Positions 1 through 11,000 of a DNA stretch of 64,000 nucleotides are shown here, piece after piece. The notes beneath the pieces were generated by a model, which worked only from the letters and a program-made list of their open reading frames with translations, made no database searches and had not been told where the DNA came from. This DNA comes from Rebecca billardiae RCC1528. Its lineage: Eukaryota; Protista; Haptophyta. The stretch is from assembly GCA_965240325.2 (NCBI GenBank), contig OZ251231.1:186001-250000 (forward strand), written 5' to 3'. Position 1 is the stretch's first letter; each line of letters opens with the position of its first letter. The position numbers and the translations under genes were made by a program.

Positions 1-1481
1 CCCTTGCTGATGAGTGATGGTTTCAGGTAACTGATGTTTCAGTCTGGTGAAAGCTGATGGAAGTGGCATCGAAGATTTTGGAATCTTCGTGTGCCTGCTT
101 CCCTCGGTCGGAATGCTCTCGGAATTCCGTTGATTGCCTTCGGGTCATTGCACGAAAGCTTCCTGTGATGATCGGGACGTCTCCTCGAAATGAAAAGAAA
201 GTTCTGATGACTGCATGGTAGTCTCTGGTCCAGTTCAGGGTACCTTCCCAAGTGGTGAAGAATCCCTGGACCCTTGGATGTGTAGTCCGAAGACCTCATG
301 TGTGTGCCGATGCTCCTTATCTTTGGAGTAGTAACTTGCATGAACAATGGCTGCTGTTGGCCTTGCTCTTGAATGGTGAAACCGATTGAATTGCATGATG
401 AAAGTCTGTAGCTTGGCGGCTGAAATTGCTCAGCGCCTTGGAATTAAAGTCTCGAGCTGGGGAATGGCGCCGATGGCTGCCTTGGACTTTGACAATCTAT
501 TTACGTAATAAGCGCTATATAGTACTCATATCGGCTGCTGCCATCTCAATCTGGCCGAGCGCACTCAGCGCTGAAACGCGCACCCGGCCTGAACACGGCC
601 CAGCCCGTCGGACCCGAGATCGACCATACCCATCCGGCTACTCGATCGCGGCGCTACTATAGCTAAGTACTCTGTCTGAGCCGAGGCAGTAGTGCATGCG
701 CTCCGCCGCGTGGCTGCCGGCGCAGCGCAAGTAGCGCCAGTAGTTGCGCGGGACTGGTAAACGGGCGCCCGGCCACGGCGGCGGCACCGGACCGCTCACC
801 GGCGCGGACGGCGGGCCGGCGCAGTCTCCGCCGCCGCCGGCAACGTGAACGGCATCGCGGCGCGGTCGCTGCTGCGTCAGTATGCTGTCGCGCCTCGCGG
901 CACGGGAATGGGCGGCTCAGTGATGAGTAGCAGTCTGCTATATTAGTTAATTATAAATGCTGATGACGACGACTACCTTGCATAGTATCACTAGTCATAG
1001 TCACTAGTCATGGCGCGACTCAGCGGCAGCACCATTCTTATTCCGAGGACCCTGCTGCTACAGTACTTCTCGGAGTTCTCGGTCATCCTTCCCGCGGAGC
1101 GCCGCCACAGCCAGCGTTGACTGACCGGCACTGAGCGACGAATATTAGCAGGCATCCTCAGACTGTACCACGCGGCCGAGTACCTGTCCGCAGTCCACTA
1201 CTTTATCCGCCTGACCGGCGGCCCCGGGACAGCCGCGCGTCAGCAATGACAGCATGATCATTGTCAACAAGTAGTGATATCAAGTCATCAGCATGTGATC
1301 CATAGCTAGAGTCGCGATCGTGGTCGGCATGGCGGCCTGCTGAGTGCAGAGTGGCCTGTGCTGACGTGATGATGGCGCTGACGCGAATATCATCAGCTGT
1401 CAGCATATATTTATGATCTGACAGACGCACATGCGCGTGGCTGAATCAAGTGTCGGCGCGCCGCGAGCATCTGCATTGCGC

Positions 1482-3791
1482 TCAGCCGAAGTGCAGCTGG
1501 CGGCTGCGAGGATTCGGTGCCTGCTGATGACGACGAGCATGCGCCTGCCGTGGCACCTCGCCATAGCAGGCATCGTCCGTCGCACAGGAGCAATTGCAGG
1601 CGAGGGTGTCGTACAGCTGCTGCTGCCGATTGGACGCACATGGCTGATGGCGGTAAGCCGACGAGCCGCTCGGCAGCGCGCCGAGCTCGATCGCTGGCGA
1701 CGTGGACGGCCACTGCCACTGGCCGAGAGGCGCAAGAGGGCGGCGGCGCCGGGCGTCCATCGTTGCCGCGCACTCGACGATGCCGAGTGCAGCGGGCGAG
1801 GACGCGCTGCTGCTCATGTGCGAGCACACGAGCGTCTCGCCGCCGAGCGCGTGGAGCGTGGGCTTGAAGCGCAGGACAGCGAAGCCTCGCGCTTCGAGCA
1901 TGCGAGTCCGCCAGCACGTCGCGCCATTCGCGTGCGTCGCGCCGGTAAGCGGCTCGGTGAGTAGCCGTTCCGGCCCAGAGTCCACCTCGACCACGAGATT
2001 TCCGGCCACCATGTCCACGACAAGTAGCCCTGCCTCGTCCACCGCAGCGTCACAGGCATGCGCCCAGCCGTGCTCGCAGAGCGCATCGGACAGAGCACGG
2101 CACAGGCGCGTTCGCTGCGGGGTCGAGGGCGGCGGCGGCTCGCGCCGCAGCCAAAGCTCTTCACGCAGCTCGACGAGCTCGGCCGTGCCCGCCTTCGAAG
2201 GTGCGTCGACACTCAGCGTGAGCAGCGACTCCTCGAGCGCGAGGGCGTCAGTCGAGGACCATTCGTCAACCGGTAGCGCGCACGCGAGGCTCCACACCTG
2301 GTCCGCGTCGGCGAGCATGAAGTGCCCCCCGACGCCAAAGGCCCACAGCATGCTTGCCACGGCATGTGCCGTGCCTGACGCCTCCTGCTTCCGCAGCATG
2401 GCCTGCGGCTCGGCGGCTGGCGCGCCACTGTCGCACTCGGCGGCGGCAGCGGCCGCGTACAGGCGCTGCGCGGGCACGGCCGCGCTCGCAAGCGCCCACA
2501 CGAGCGAGCTGAGCTCGACGAGGGCGAGCGACGGCATGCGGCGGAGCGCCTCGCGTTCGATCGTCTTGAAGAGCTCGGGCACATGCAGCGCCGCCTTCGC
2601 GCACGCCCACGCCAAGTTGGCCAGCCCCTGCGACGAGAAGTGGCCGATTCGCGAGGGCGCGGCCGCGGACAGCGCGCCCCACAGGGCGGGCGCATGCGAG
2701 CCGCTCGAGGCGAATGCCCACGCAATGTTGGGCAGCTCCTGCGCGTTGAGCTCGTGCATGCGCTCGGCGCACTGCGCAGCTATCGCGCCGAAGAGCTCGG
2801 GTGCGGGCTCGCCCACCTTTGCGTACGCGAACGCCATCATGGCGAGGTGCTGGGACTGGAAGTCGCGCAGCCGCCGGCGCACGGCCGCATGCGCGAGCGC
2901 GCGGAAGAGCCCGCTGGCTGGCACGCCCGCGCTTGCGTAGGCCCACGCCGTGTTCGACATGTCCTGCGGGTTGAACGCGTCGGCGGTGAGCTCGCCACGC
3001 GCCTCGACCGCCGCAAAGAGCGAGGGCGCCGAGATGCCCGCGCGGCAGAAGGCCCACGCCAGGTTGGCGCAGTCCTGCGGGCTCAGCTCGTGCGTCAGCC
3101 GAGCCGCCGCGCGCGCGACAAGGCCAAAGAGAATGGGCGCGTCCACGCCAGACGAGGCAAAGGACCATGTGAGATTGGCGAGGCCCTGCGCAGTGAACGC
3201 GTCGACGAGCTCCTCGCCGCGCCGGCCCAGTGCGTCGAACAGTCGCTCATGGTTTGCGAGCCCGGCGCGAGCGCACGAGTACGCGAGCACGGAGATGTCC
3301 TGCGCGTTGAAAGTCGAGACGACGGGCTCGGCGGCGCGTGCGATCGCTCGAAGGAGCTGACGAGCGTTTGGGTCGCCCAGCTCGAGGCGGACGAGGCCAT
3401 GCGCCGAGGTTGCGAGGGCACGGCCGTCGAGGTCAGCGAGAGACTTGCGCTCGAGCCGCTCGTGCATGGTGCGCATGAGCGCGCGCATGCGTAGCAGGAG
3501 CTCACCGCACGCCGGCTTGGGCGCGCGACGGGCGAGCTTTGACAGTAGCGTTGCGTAGTTCACCGCGCCGAAGTCCTCGCCGCACTTGTCGTACAGGTCG
3601 AGCAGCTCGGCGACAGTGTCGCACGAGAGGATGGACGTGTTGATCTTGCGCGACGCGCTCGTCTGCCGCCGGATCGCAGCGGCGGCGGACGAGAGCGGCT
3701 CGGTCGCTGGCGCGGATGAGAAAGGTGCAGCGCCGTCAGCATCCCGCCGCGCGCCGTCGCGCGCACGCGCTCGGCGCTGGTTGCGGGACAT
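1482..3791 (-). CDS. Helical-repeat (HPR/OPR-like) RNA-binding protein with C-terminal RAP domain
   Basis: Tandem ~37-38 aa repeats (FNAQDISVLAYSCARAG, FTAQGLANLTWSFASSG, LSPQDCANLAWAFCRAG, FNPQDMSNTAWAYASAG, FSSQGLANLAWACAKA) followed by RAP-like VVDMV...VVEVDSGP...NGATCWRTRMLEARGFAVLRF. ORF-track start at 3902 is TTG; first in-frame ATG is 3791. Confidence 0.8.
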   Translation of the reverse strand: MSRNQRRARARDGARRDADGAAPFSSAPATEPLSSAAAAIRRQTSASRKINTSILSCDTVAELLDLYDKCGEDFGAVNYATLLSKLARRAPKPACGELLLRMRALMRTMHERLERKSLADLDGRALATSAHGLVRLELGDPNARQLLRAIARAAEPVVSTFNAQDISVLAYSCARAGLANHERLFDALGRRGEELVDAFTAQGLANLTWSFASSGVDAPILFGLVARAAARLTHELSPQDCANLAWAFCRAGISAPSLFAAVEARGELTADAFNPQDMSNTAWAYASAGVPASGLFRALAHAAVRRRLRDFQSQHLAMMAFAYAKVGEPAPELFGAIAAQCAERMHELNAQELPNIAWAFASSGSHAPALWGALSAAAPSRIGHFSSQGLANLAWACAKAALHVPELFKTIEREALRRMPSLALVELSSLVWALASAAVPAQRLYAAAAAAECDSGAPAAEPQAMLRKQEASGTAHAVASMLWAFGVGGHFMLADADQVWSLACALPVDEWSSTDALALEESLLTLSVDAPSKAGTAELVELREELWLRREPPPPSTPQRTRLCRALSDALCEHGWAHACDAAVDEAGLLVVDMVAGNLVVEVDSGPERLLTEPLTGATHANGATCWRTRMLEARGFAVLRFKPTLHALGGETLVCSHMSSSASSPAALGIVECAATMDARRRRPLAPLGQWQWPSTSPAIELGALPSGSSAYRHQPCASNRQQQLYDTLACNCSCATDDACYGEVPRQAHARRHQQAPNPRSRQLHFG

Positions 3792-4032
3792 TCGGACGAG
3801 CTGCTCCGTGCCTTGCTTGGTCGCTCGGCGCTTCGCCCTTACGTCGTCGGCCACGTTTTGCAGATTTGCATGGCCCGCCGCGCGCCCGCCGCCTGAAGCC
3901 AACGGTGATTACAGTATTTTGTCCGGCGTGCGCGCTGGACAGGTGTGGATCCGGGAGGTCCTGGCGAGCGGAGGGCATCCCGGCGGCGGCTGCTCAGCGC
4001 TCGGGCAAAGCTCTTCCTCTTGGACCGCGACG

Positions 4033-4943
4033 ATGGCCACCTCCATCATTGCGAAGACTGTCGCCGCCTCGGTCGCCGCGTGTGCGACCGAGATGATCGT
4101 CGGCCAAAAGCTCGGCCTCTTGGCCGTCATCTCCCCGCTTGGCGTGCCGGCCGCCTTCTGCGGAGTCATCGGCGCGAACGTGGTCGCGAGCACGATGACG
4201 CTGCTCGCGCTCGGCTTCAAGGTCGGCGCGGCGCGCCAGGAGTGTGGGATCGAGCTGCCGACCATGTACGCGACCGGCACGGACGAGAAGTCCGTCAAGT
4301 TCAACTGCGTGCAGCGTGGCCATCAGCAGGCGCTGGAGACGTACACCAGGTGCGCGCCTGCCGGGCCCTCAACAGAGGCGTGGCAGGAGCTCACCGCCGC
4401 GGTGCGCCCCTTCCCCGCGCCGCGCGACACCTCAGCTTCGTGGCCGCCAGTATCATCGGCGGCGTCTCGCACCCTTACTTCGTGACTGCGTGCGGCCTCG
4501 CCTGGTGCATCGGCCGTTGGAAGTGGGCGGTGCGTGGCTGAGCGCGCCAAGATGCTCCCAATGCTCGCCTCTCCCGCGCCAGTGCCAGTCTGACGTGCGC
4601 CCGCCTGGCTGCGCGTCGACCCGCGGCGCACTGACGCGCTCGGTCACAGGAGGGCTACGCGACGGGCACCCCCTCGGCGCGCTACTCGTCGCGCTGGTCG
4701 TTCTACATTTGGTGCGCCGCGCAGCGCCGCGCGGCTGCTGCGCACCGGCCGCGACGACGACGTGGGCGTCGTGGACAGGACTCGTTACCCGTGGGCTCGA
4801 ACGCGTGATCGCGGTGCGCCCGTCTCTGCGCTGCGCGCCCCCTCGCTGCGTGCGCTGCGCGCCCCGCCTCCAGGTATGCCCTCTTCGGTGTGCTCACTGC
4901 AGCGCTCTCCACGGCCGTGCGCGCGGTCACGGGCCTGTACTGA
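4033..4943 (+). CDS. MAPEG family protein (microsomal glutathione S-transferase 3-like), 4 exons
   Basis: Motifs FKVGAARQECGIELPTMYA and FNCVQRGHQQALE. GT-AG introns 4350-4435, 4530-4649 and 4712-4873 restore one frame through ...GRWKWAEGYATGTPSARY...RAVTGLY*. Confidence 0.9.
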
Positions 4944-5509
4944 GTCCCTGGCCTCGCACCCGCACAGTACCACCATATCGAATACGACACCGTTCAATTC
5001 CCCATATACCCATATGGGCACCATGCGTGAAGGACTGTCGTGGGCCGGTGGCCTGCCAGCTCTCGCGCAGCGCGTCGCCGGACCGCGATTCACTCTCCGA
5101 TCAGCCGGCTGACCCGGCCCCGCGTCCGAATTGACGGACCGACGGCCCCGGCGGCGGGGTGCGGGGCGGGCCGCGGCCTGCGCGCGCAGCCGAATCTGCC
5201 GCGTCTGTCCGGCCCGCGACGACGATGATGATGATATACACATACGATTAAGACTGCGCGCTGCTGCTGTATATCGGATTCGCTGAGCGTATAAGACCGC
5301 TCGTCAGACTGCGCGCGCCGCGGCGTCGGCGCAACGGTCTAAGCAAGCCGACTACACGGTCTGAGTCTCACTCTCAGCTCCTGCTCGTCGCATCCGACTA
5401 ACTACTTCTCAGTCAGCCGCCCGGCCCGCCCGCCTGCTGCCGTGCCGGCACCGTTGACGCGGTTCGGAGTCGGACGGGGCGAGCTGGCCGTGATGCTGTT
5501 AGTACACAA

Positions 5510-7567
5510 TTACAGGCACAGCTTGCTCACGACGCCTGAGCGCTCGATCTCAACTGCCACGCACGTCCGTGCCGGCACGCAGAACCACATGCCCGACGGC
5601 GCGCTCGAGCCGGTTGCCGCCAAGCTGACGACAGCTGCTGTGTCAGAGTCCTGGGACTCGAAGCCAAGCTTGATGAGCTCGTAGCCCTCCGCACACATCA
5701 CCGGTGGGGGCGTGGAATCGTCGTCGTCGCCATCGTCATCGTCGTCACCGTCGTCGTCGTCGTCGTCACCTTCGTCGTCGTCATCGTCATCGCCCCCGCC
5801 GTCTCCACCATCGTCGTCATCGTCATCGTCATCCCCGTCGTTCCCGTCGCCCAGCGTGAACGTGGTGGCCTCGCCATCCGGGTATGCGCCGATGTACTCC
5901 GCGCCGTGAGCGACCAGCTCGTCGCCTGCAAAGACGCTGTACGAGCCCTCGCCAAACGCGCAGCAGACCCCGTCGCCGAAGCTGTCGTAGATCTCGAAGG
6001 TGTACTGCCCAGCCGAGAAGCAGCCCTCGCCGCCGTTGGCATCGCCTGCGAGCACGATCGCCTGGTGGTCGGCGGCGTGGTAGAGCTCCCACGTCGTCTC
6101 CTCCGGGTACATGTCAGGGACGACCTCGATGCGGACGGGGAAGCACGGTGGGCTGGGTGGGGGGCTCGGCGGTGGCGGCGGCGATGGCGGCGCGGGCGGC
6201 GGGTTCGGCGGCGGCGGCGGCGCCGGTGGCGAGGGTGGAGGCGACGGTGGGCTGGGCGCGGCGACTGCCTGCAGCAGCACGTTGGGGATGACGACGCCCT
6301 CGTCGTCGCGCATCGACCCGGTGACAGCCAGCGCCATCAGTCGCGCCCTCACCGCGTCGGGGGACGACATGGGCGCCTGCGCGAGCAGCTGCGCCACGAC
6401 CCCGGCCACGTGAGGCGTCGCCATCGAGGTGCCCGACATGATGGCGAGCGAGTCCGCGTCGGAGATCCCCGCGGAGAGGATGTCCGAGCCCGGCGCGTAG
6501 ATGTCGACGCACGCGCCGTAGTTGGTAAAGTACGAGCCCACGTCCACGCCGCCGGCCACCGCGCTCGACCCGACCGTGATCGCGTCCGGCGAGCTCGCCG
6601 GTGAGCCGTAGCATGCGTCACTCGCGTCGTTGCCCGCCGCGACGACCACAGTGACGCCTGCCGTCTTCAGGTCAGTGACGGCGTCGTTGATGAACTGGGA
6701 GTAGCCACCGCCGAGCGACATTGACGCCACCGCGGGCGGGCGCTCCCCCGACTCCGTCTCGATCTCGTCAAGCCGCGTGAGCACCCAGTCCATCCCAGCG
6801 GCCACGCCCTCGTTGGTGCCAGAGCCGTCGTCGCCCAGCACCTTCACTGCATGCAGTTTGACGCCGGGCGCGACGCCGACGTGGGCGCCGCCAATGGTGC
6901 CGGCGCAGTGCGTGCCATGGCCGACGCGGTCTTCCGCGACCGGCGCCGCATCGCCGAAGACGGAGTAGTGATCCGCTTCGTCCTTGCAGATGCCCTCGGC
7001 CAGCTCAGAGTGCTCTCGGTACACGCCCGTGTCGATCACAAACGCATGCACCGAGCTCAGCGGGAGCTCGAGGGACGCGTAGAGGCCGTTGAGCGGCAGG
7101 CTGGGGTGATCGATGCGATCGAGGCCCCATGGCGTCTCCCACGTCTCCTCCGAGTACCCGGGTGCAGCGACCGCGTGAGGCGGCGGGCCGCGCGCGCGCA
7201 GCTCGGCCGCGCGCAACGCTGGGCTCGACGCCAACACCGGGTAGAGCGCGCGGACGACGCCGTCGGGCTCGACGGTCACGCCGGGCTGCGATTGGAGGAA
7301 GGCGAGTCCCGCAGGCGTCAGGTCCGCCGCAAAGCCGCCGTTGAGCACGTGCGTGTACGAGGTGGTCAGCACGACCGACCCCTTGGGGCTCGAGTCCAGC
7401 AGACTCTTCTTGTATCCGTCGCCGCTCTTCACGTCGAAGCGGACGATGTACCGCTTGCGCTCGGCCCCACCGTCGCGTTCGAGGGTGGTGCTTGCCTTCG
7501 GCACGGCCGAAGCGAGTGCCAGGCACGCAACGAGGCAGATCGTGGCGAGGAGCGTGGGCCGCGTCAT
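5510..7567 (-). CDS. Secreted subtilisin-like serine protease (S8, proteinase K-type) with I9-like propeptide, Pro-rich linker, C-terminal Cys/Asp domain and poly-Asp tract
   Basis: Signal peptide MTRPTLLATICLVACLALASA; catalytic motifs VIDTGV, HGTHCAG, VAAGN and GTSMATPHVAG; WGLDRID at the mature N-terminus. Confidence 0.93.
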   Translation of the reverse strand: MTRPTLLATICLVACLALASAVPKASTTLERDGGAERKRYIVRFDVKSGDGYKKSLLDSSPKGSVVLTTSYTHVLNGGFAADLTPAGLAFLQSQPGVTVEPDGVVRALYPVLASSPALRAAELRARGPPPHAVAAPGYSEETWETPWGLDRIDHPSLPLNGLYASLELPLSSVHAFVIDTGVYREHSELAEGICKDEADHYSVFGDAAPVAEDRVGHGTHCAGTIGGAHVGVAPGVKLHAVKVLGDDGSGTNEGVAAGMDWVLTRLDEIETESGERPPAVASMSLGGGYSQFINDAVTDLKTAGVTVVVAAGNDASDACYGSPASSPDAITVGSSAVAGGVDVGSYFTNYGACVDIYAPGSDILSAGISDADSLAIMSGTSMATPHVAGVVAQLLAQAPMSSPDAVRARLMALAVTGSMRDDEGVVIPNVLLQAVAAPSPPSPPPSPPAPPPPPNPPPAPPSPPPPPSPPPSPPCFPVRIEVVPDMYPEETTWELYHAADHQAIVLAGDANGGEGCFSAGQYTFEIYDSFGDGVCCAFGEGSYSVFAGDELVAHGAEYIGAYPDGEATTFTLGDGNDGDDDDDDDDGGDGGGDDDDDDEGDDDDDDGDDDDDGDDDDSTPPPVMCAEGYELIKLGFESQDSDTAAVVSLAATGSSAPSGMWFCVPARTCVAVEIERSGVVSKLCL

Positions 7568-7736
7568 CCCGTCCGCGGAGGCGGGACGGGCGCCTGGATT
7601 TTGCGCGGTGGCTCCTGCAAAGAGTGCCGCCGTGCGTTCGCGCTTTGGCGGCGGCCGGACAAAGAATCGGCTGGCCGGACACACGGCCGCGCGGGCGCCG
7701 CTCTACGCTTGGCTACTGCGTCCTTCATCTCCGGTG

Positions 7737-8675
7737 ATGATGCTCGAGAGCAGCGTCGTCTCGCGGCGCGCGCTCGTGGCGGCGGCGATCGCGTTCACGG
7801 CCGCGCCTCCCCGCGCCCCCGCTGCGGAGGACATCTACGGCGACGTGTACGTCGGCATCCGCCAGAGCGCGATTCGCTCGGCGCAATTTGCCGACGCGGT
7901 CGACAGGTGGCAGAAGAAGCTGTACGAGGACTCGCGCTTCGGCAAGGCGCCGCCGCCCGACCAGTCGACGCTGACGCTCACGCCCGAGCTCGCGCGCACC
8001 ATCAACCAGACCGCGCTCGCTGCGTACCGCGCCGTCGTCACGGCCGGCTCGGACGCGGCACTCGCACGCAAGGTCGAGGACTCGGCCGCAGCCGTGTTCC
8101 GCGGGCTGACCAACTCGGGGCGCGAGGCGGTGGCTGCGGATCCCGAGCGGCTCGGCGCGGGCTTCAACTTCGTGTGCCTCAGCACCTGGCTCGTCTTCCG
8201 CGAGTCGCTCTCCTCACCCCAGCAGCGCGCGCGCTTTGAGTCGGAGCTGGGCGCGCGGCTGCTGGACCGGCTGGTGCAGCAGGACGCGCGCGCGTGCACT
8301 CTGGGCGGGGAGGGCGAGGAGGGCGGCAGGGCGCGCGGGCTCGCGCTCGCGCGCAAGCTCGTCGGCGCCCTCGAGCGCGGGGGCGCCGTGCGCGACGTCA
8401 CGTGGCAGCGCACCGACGACTTCATCGACGGCACCTCAGACACCGTCTCCGTCCTGCTCGGCCGCAGCGCGTGGCTTGACGCGTCCCTCGCGATGCAGAC
8501 GGACACGCCCGAGCGCTTCCACCCGGATTTGGTCGGCGCGGCCGTGCGCGCGTGCCTCGAGCGCTGCGCGGGGCTGCGCACGACACATATCGAGTACTAC
8601 CTCGACGATGTCTACCGGCCGGACGCCGAGGAGTACACGCCGACACAGACGCTCATCGAGTGGTCAACGAGCTGA
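7737..8675 (+). CDS. Hypothetical protein, possibly with a targeting/lumenal-type N-terminus (SRRALVAAA)
   Basis: ~312-aa ORF with host-like GC3-rich codons and globular composition, divergent from the subtilisin gene; no family recognised. Confidence 0.6.
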   Translation: MMLESSVVSRRALVAAAIAFTAAPPRAPAAEDIYGDVYVGIRQSAIRSAQFADAVDRWQKKLYEDSRFGKAPPPDQSTLTLTPELARTINQTALAAYRAVVTAGSDAALARKVEDSAAAVFRGLTNSGREAVAADPERLGAGFNFVCLSTWLVFRESLSSPQQRARFESELGARLLDRLVQQDARACTLGGEGEEGGRARGLALARKLVGALERGGAVRDVTWQRTDDFIDGTSDTVSVLLGRSAWLDASLAMQTDTPERFHPDLVGAAVRACLERCAGLRTTHIEYYLDDVYRPDAEEYTPTQTLIEWSTS

Positions 8676-8957
8676 TTCCGCCGGTTACGACTCACGTATT
8701 ACGAGCGGACAGCGTCGGCCCTAGTCTCGGCGGCTAGTAGTCTCGCGTCTGACTCATCCATGATCGGATTGATGATGAGTGGCTCATCATCAGACCGAGT
8801 CGTAGTGATCGTCCGGTCGCGTCATCTGCTCAGGTCGTCACGGACTGCGGGCCGCGTCACGGACTGGGCCGGCATTATTGCCGAGTAGCCGATCGGCGCG
8901 GGCAGCCGCGCTGTGATCAAGTATCATCACTATGAGTGATGATATAAGGCTGTGCCA

Positions 8958-9483
8958 GCTGTCACGTTATAAGCTAGAAACTGGGGCTTGCTATCTGCGC
9001 ATCTGGCGGCCTAAAAACTGAGACTAGCGATTGGCTGGTTCGCAATATACGCATAGTCACACTACTGTTAAGAAACCGGGACGGACTATGTAGTCGCGGC
9101 TGACGAGTGGTCCGCCGAGGCGCAGAGCCAGACGGTGCCCGTGGGACCGGCGGCGCGCGGCCAGACTACGAGTACAGGCCAATAACGATTCCTGACTTCT
9201 CCTGATGACTGACTCCTGGCCAGTGCACCGCGCAGCATCCATGCAACATCATGCCAGATTTGCTCCAAAATGGCCCAAAGGTTTTCTTCGGCCAGTCGCC
9301 GGCCGGGCCTAAAGACTCAGCGGGGGGCTCAGGCCCCCTGCGCCCCCCGCGCCTGCGCGGCGGGCAGACCTAGCTACTTAGAAGAAACTGGGACTCCGTA
9401 GGCGGTCGGGCTACCGAACGGCTACTGTAAGAAACCGAGACTAGCCGTGAGATCTCTGACTTCCTATTGCCCGCGATTGCCTG
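8958..9483 (-). mobile_element. Degenerate copy of the Tc1/mariner-like MITE, inverted relative to 9845-10351, with one TIR lost
   Basis: Aligns along its length to the reverse complement of 9845-10330. Ends ...ATTGCCCGCGATTGCCTG followed by TA at 9484-9485. Carries several small insertions. Confidence 0.85.
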
Positions 9484-9844
9484 TAGTCTCAAGTGACGGC
9501 TCACTGAGAGTATGCAACGACCGGTACTATGACAGTCAGTACTGTTCAGGCCGAGCGGCGCCCGGATGAGTTCGGCGGGCGCGCGCCGCGGCCGGCGCCG
9601 TTCCCGGACCCGGGCCCGGCCGCCGGGGCGGGGCGCGAGCACCTAGTCATATATCATCAGCATCGTCATATGCAGCTTATTGCGCTGATGAAGTCGGTTA
9701 TCATTGACCGTATCGTCGCGGCGACTCGGCAGTCCGTGTCATCAGCTACGGGGCCTAACTGTACTCAGTGTGGCGGCGGATCAGCAGTGAGTCATCTCGC
9801 CTGCCTGAGCTGACAGCTGTGTGCGTCTCATCTTATTCGGCTTA

Positions 9845-10351
9845 CAGGCAATCGCGGGCAATAAGAAGTCAGAGATCTCACGGCTAGCCTCGGTTTCTTA
9901 GCCGTTCGGTAGCCCGAGCGCCTACGGAGTCTCAGTTTCTTAGCTAGGTCCGCCCGCCGCGCAGGCGCGGGGGGCGCAGGGGGGCAGAGCCCCCCGCTGA
10001 CTCTTTAGGCCCGGCCGGCGAGGCCGACGAAAATTTTGGGTCTTTTTGGAGCAAATCTGGCATGATGTTGCATGGATGCTGCGGTGCACTGGCCAGGAGT
10101 CAGTCATCAGGAGAAGTCGGGACTTGGCCTGTACTCGTAGTCGGGCCGCGCGCCGCGTCCCCGACGGGCCGACTGCGCCTCGCCCCCGTCGGCGGACCAC
10201 TTGTCAGCCGGGACGACGGAGTCCCGGTTTCTTAGTGTGACTATGCGTATAGCGAACCAGCCAATCGCTAGCCTCAGTTTCTAGGCCAGATCCGCAGATA
10301 GCAAGCCCCAGTTTCTTAACGTGACAGCTCCTTATTGCCCGCGATTGCCTG
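9845..10351 (+). mobile_element. Tc1/mariner-like MITE (507 bp)
   Basis: Perfect 21-bp TIR CAGGCAATCGCGGGCAATAAG (9845-9865 / 10331-10351) flanked by TA on both sides (9843-44, 10352-53). CAG...CTG termini with a TA TSD are typical of Tc1/mariner. Confidence 0.9.
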
Positions 10352-11000
10352 TAGTCAACTCAGTCACTGAGTGAGTGAGATCAGTACGGCGGATCAGTCA
10401 TCGTCGCGTCAGATGTCTGTGATGACGTACTGAGTCTGATGACGTGGCGCGATGTAAGACACTCGGGCATCGTCACTCAGGCAGAGTGACGGACGCGAAT
10501 ACCGTAGTATCACTGATGTGCGCTGCTGCTAGCTAGTCATGCTGCAGACATGCTGCTCACTCAGCATGGACTGATGGAGCAGTCATAATATTACGCCCGG
10601 CGGTCCACCGCACGCTGCGCGCGGCCAGAATTTACTATATATATATAATAAATTCTAATCTGCGGTGAGTGCGGGCCGCCAGATGATTGTGAGGCAACTC
10701 TGTCGTCGGTGATATCGGCCCAAGCACGGCAACGCCGGACGGCGACGGCACGAGGGCAGGACGACCCCGTGCTGCTGCCGCGCGCGCTGCGGGCCCACGA
10801 CCAGGTGCCGTCCTCCGGGCTAGCGCCTTGAGTGTAAGTTGGAGCGCTGCACACAGCCGTCGCCGGCACGCCAGTGTCGCGTCCGTGAGAGCCAGGCTCA
10901 TCTGTCCTCATGGCTTCGTCGTGGTGATCATCTGATCACGGGATGGCACCGTCACCGGCCATGGCACAGGGACGCGCCCATGCGTGATCAGCGTGCAGCA

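Noticed and set aside
1-470. Box C/D-like words (RTGATGA, CTGA) and a hammerhead-like CTGATGAG...GAAA
   Set aside because: No terminal stems, recognisable rRNA antisense elements or stem II/III pairing could be found, and TGATGA/CTGA are common in this genome's spacers.
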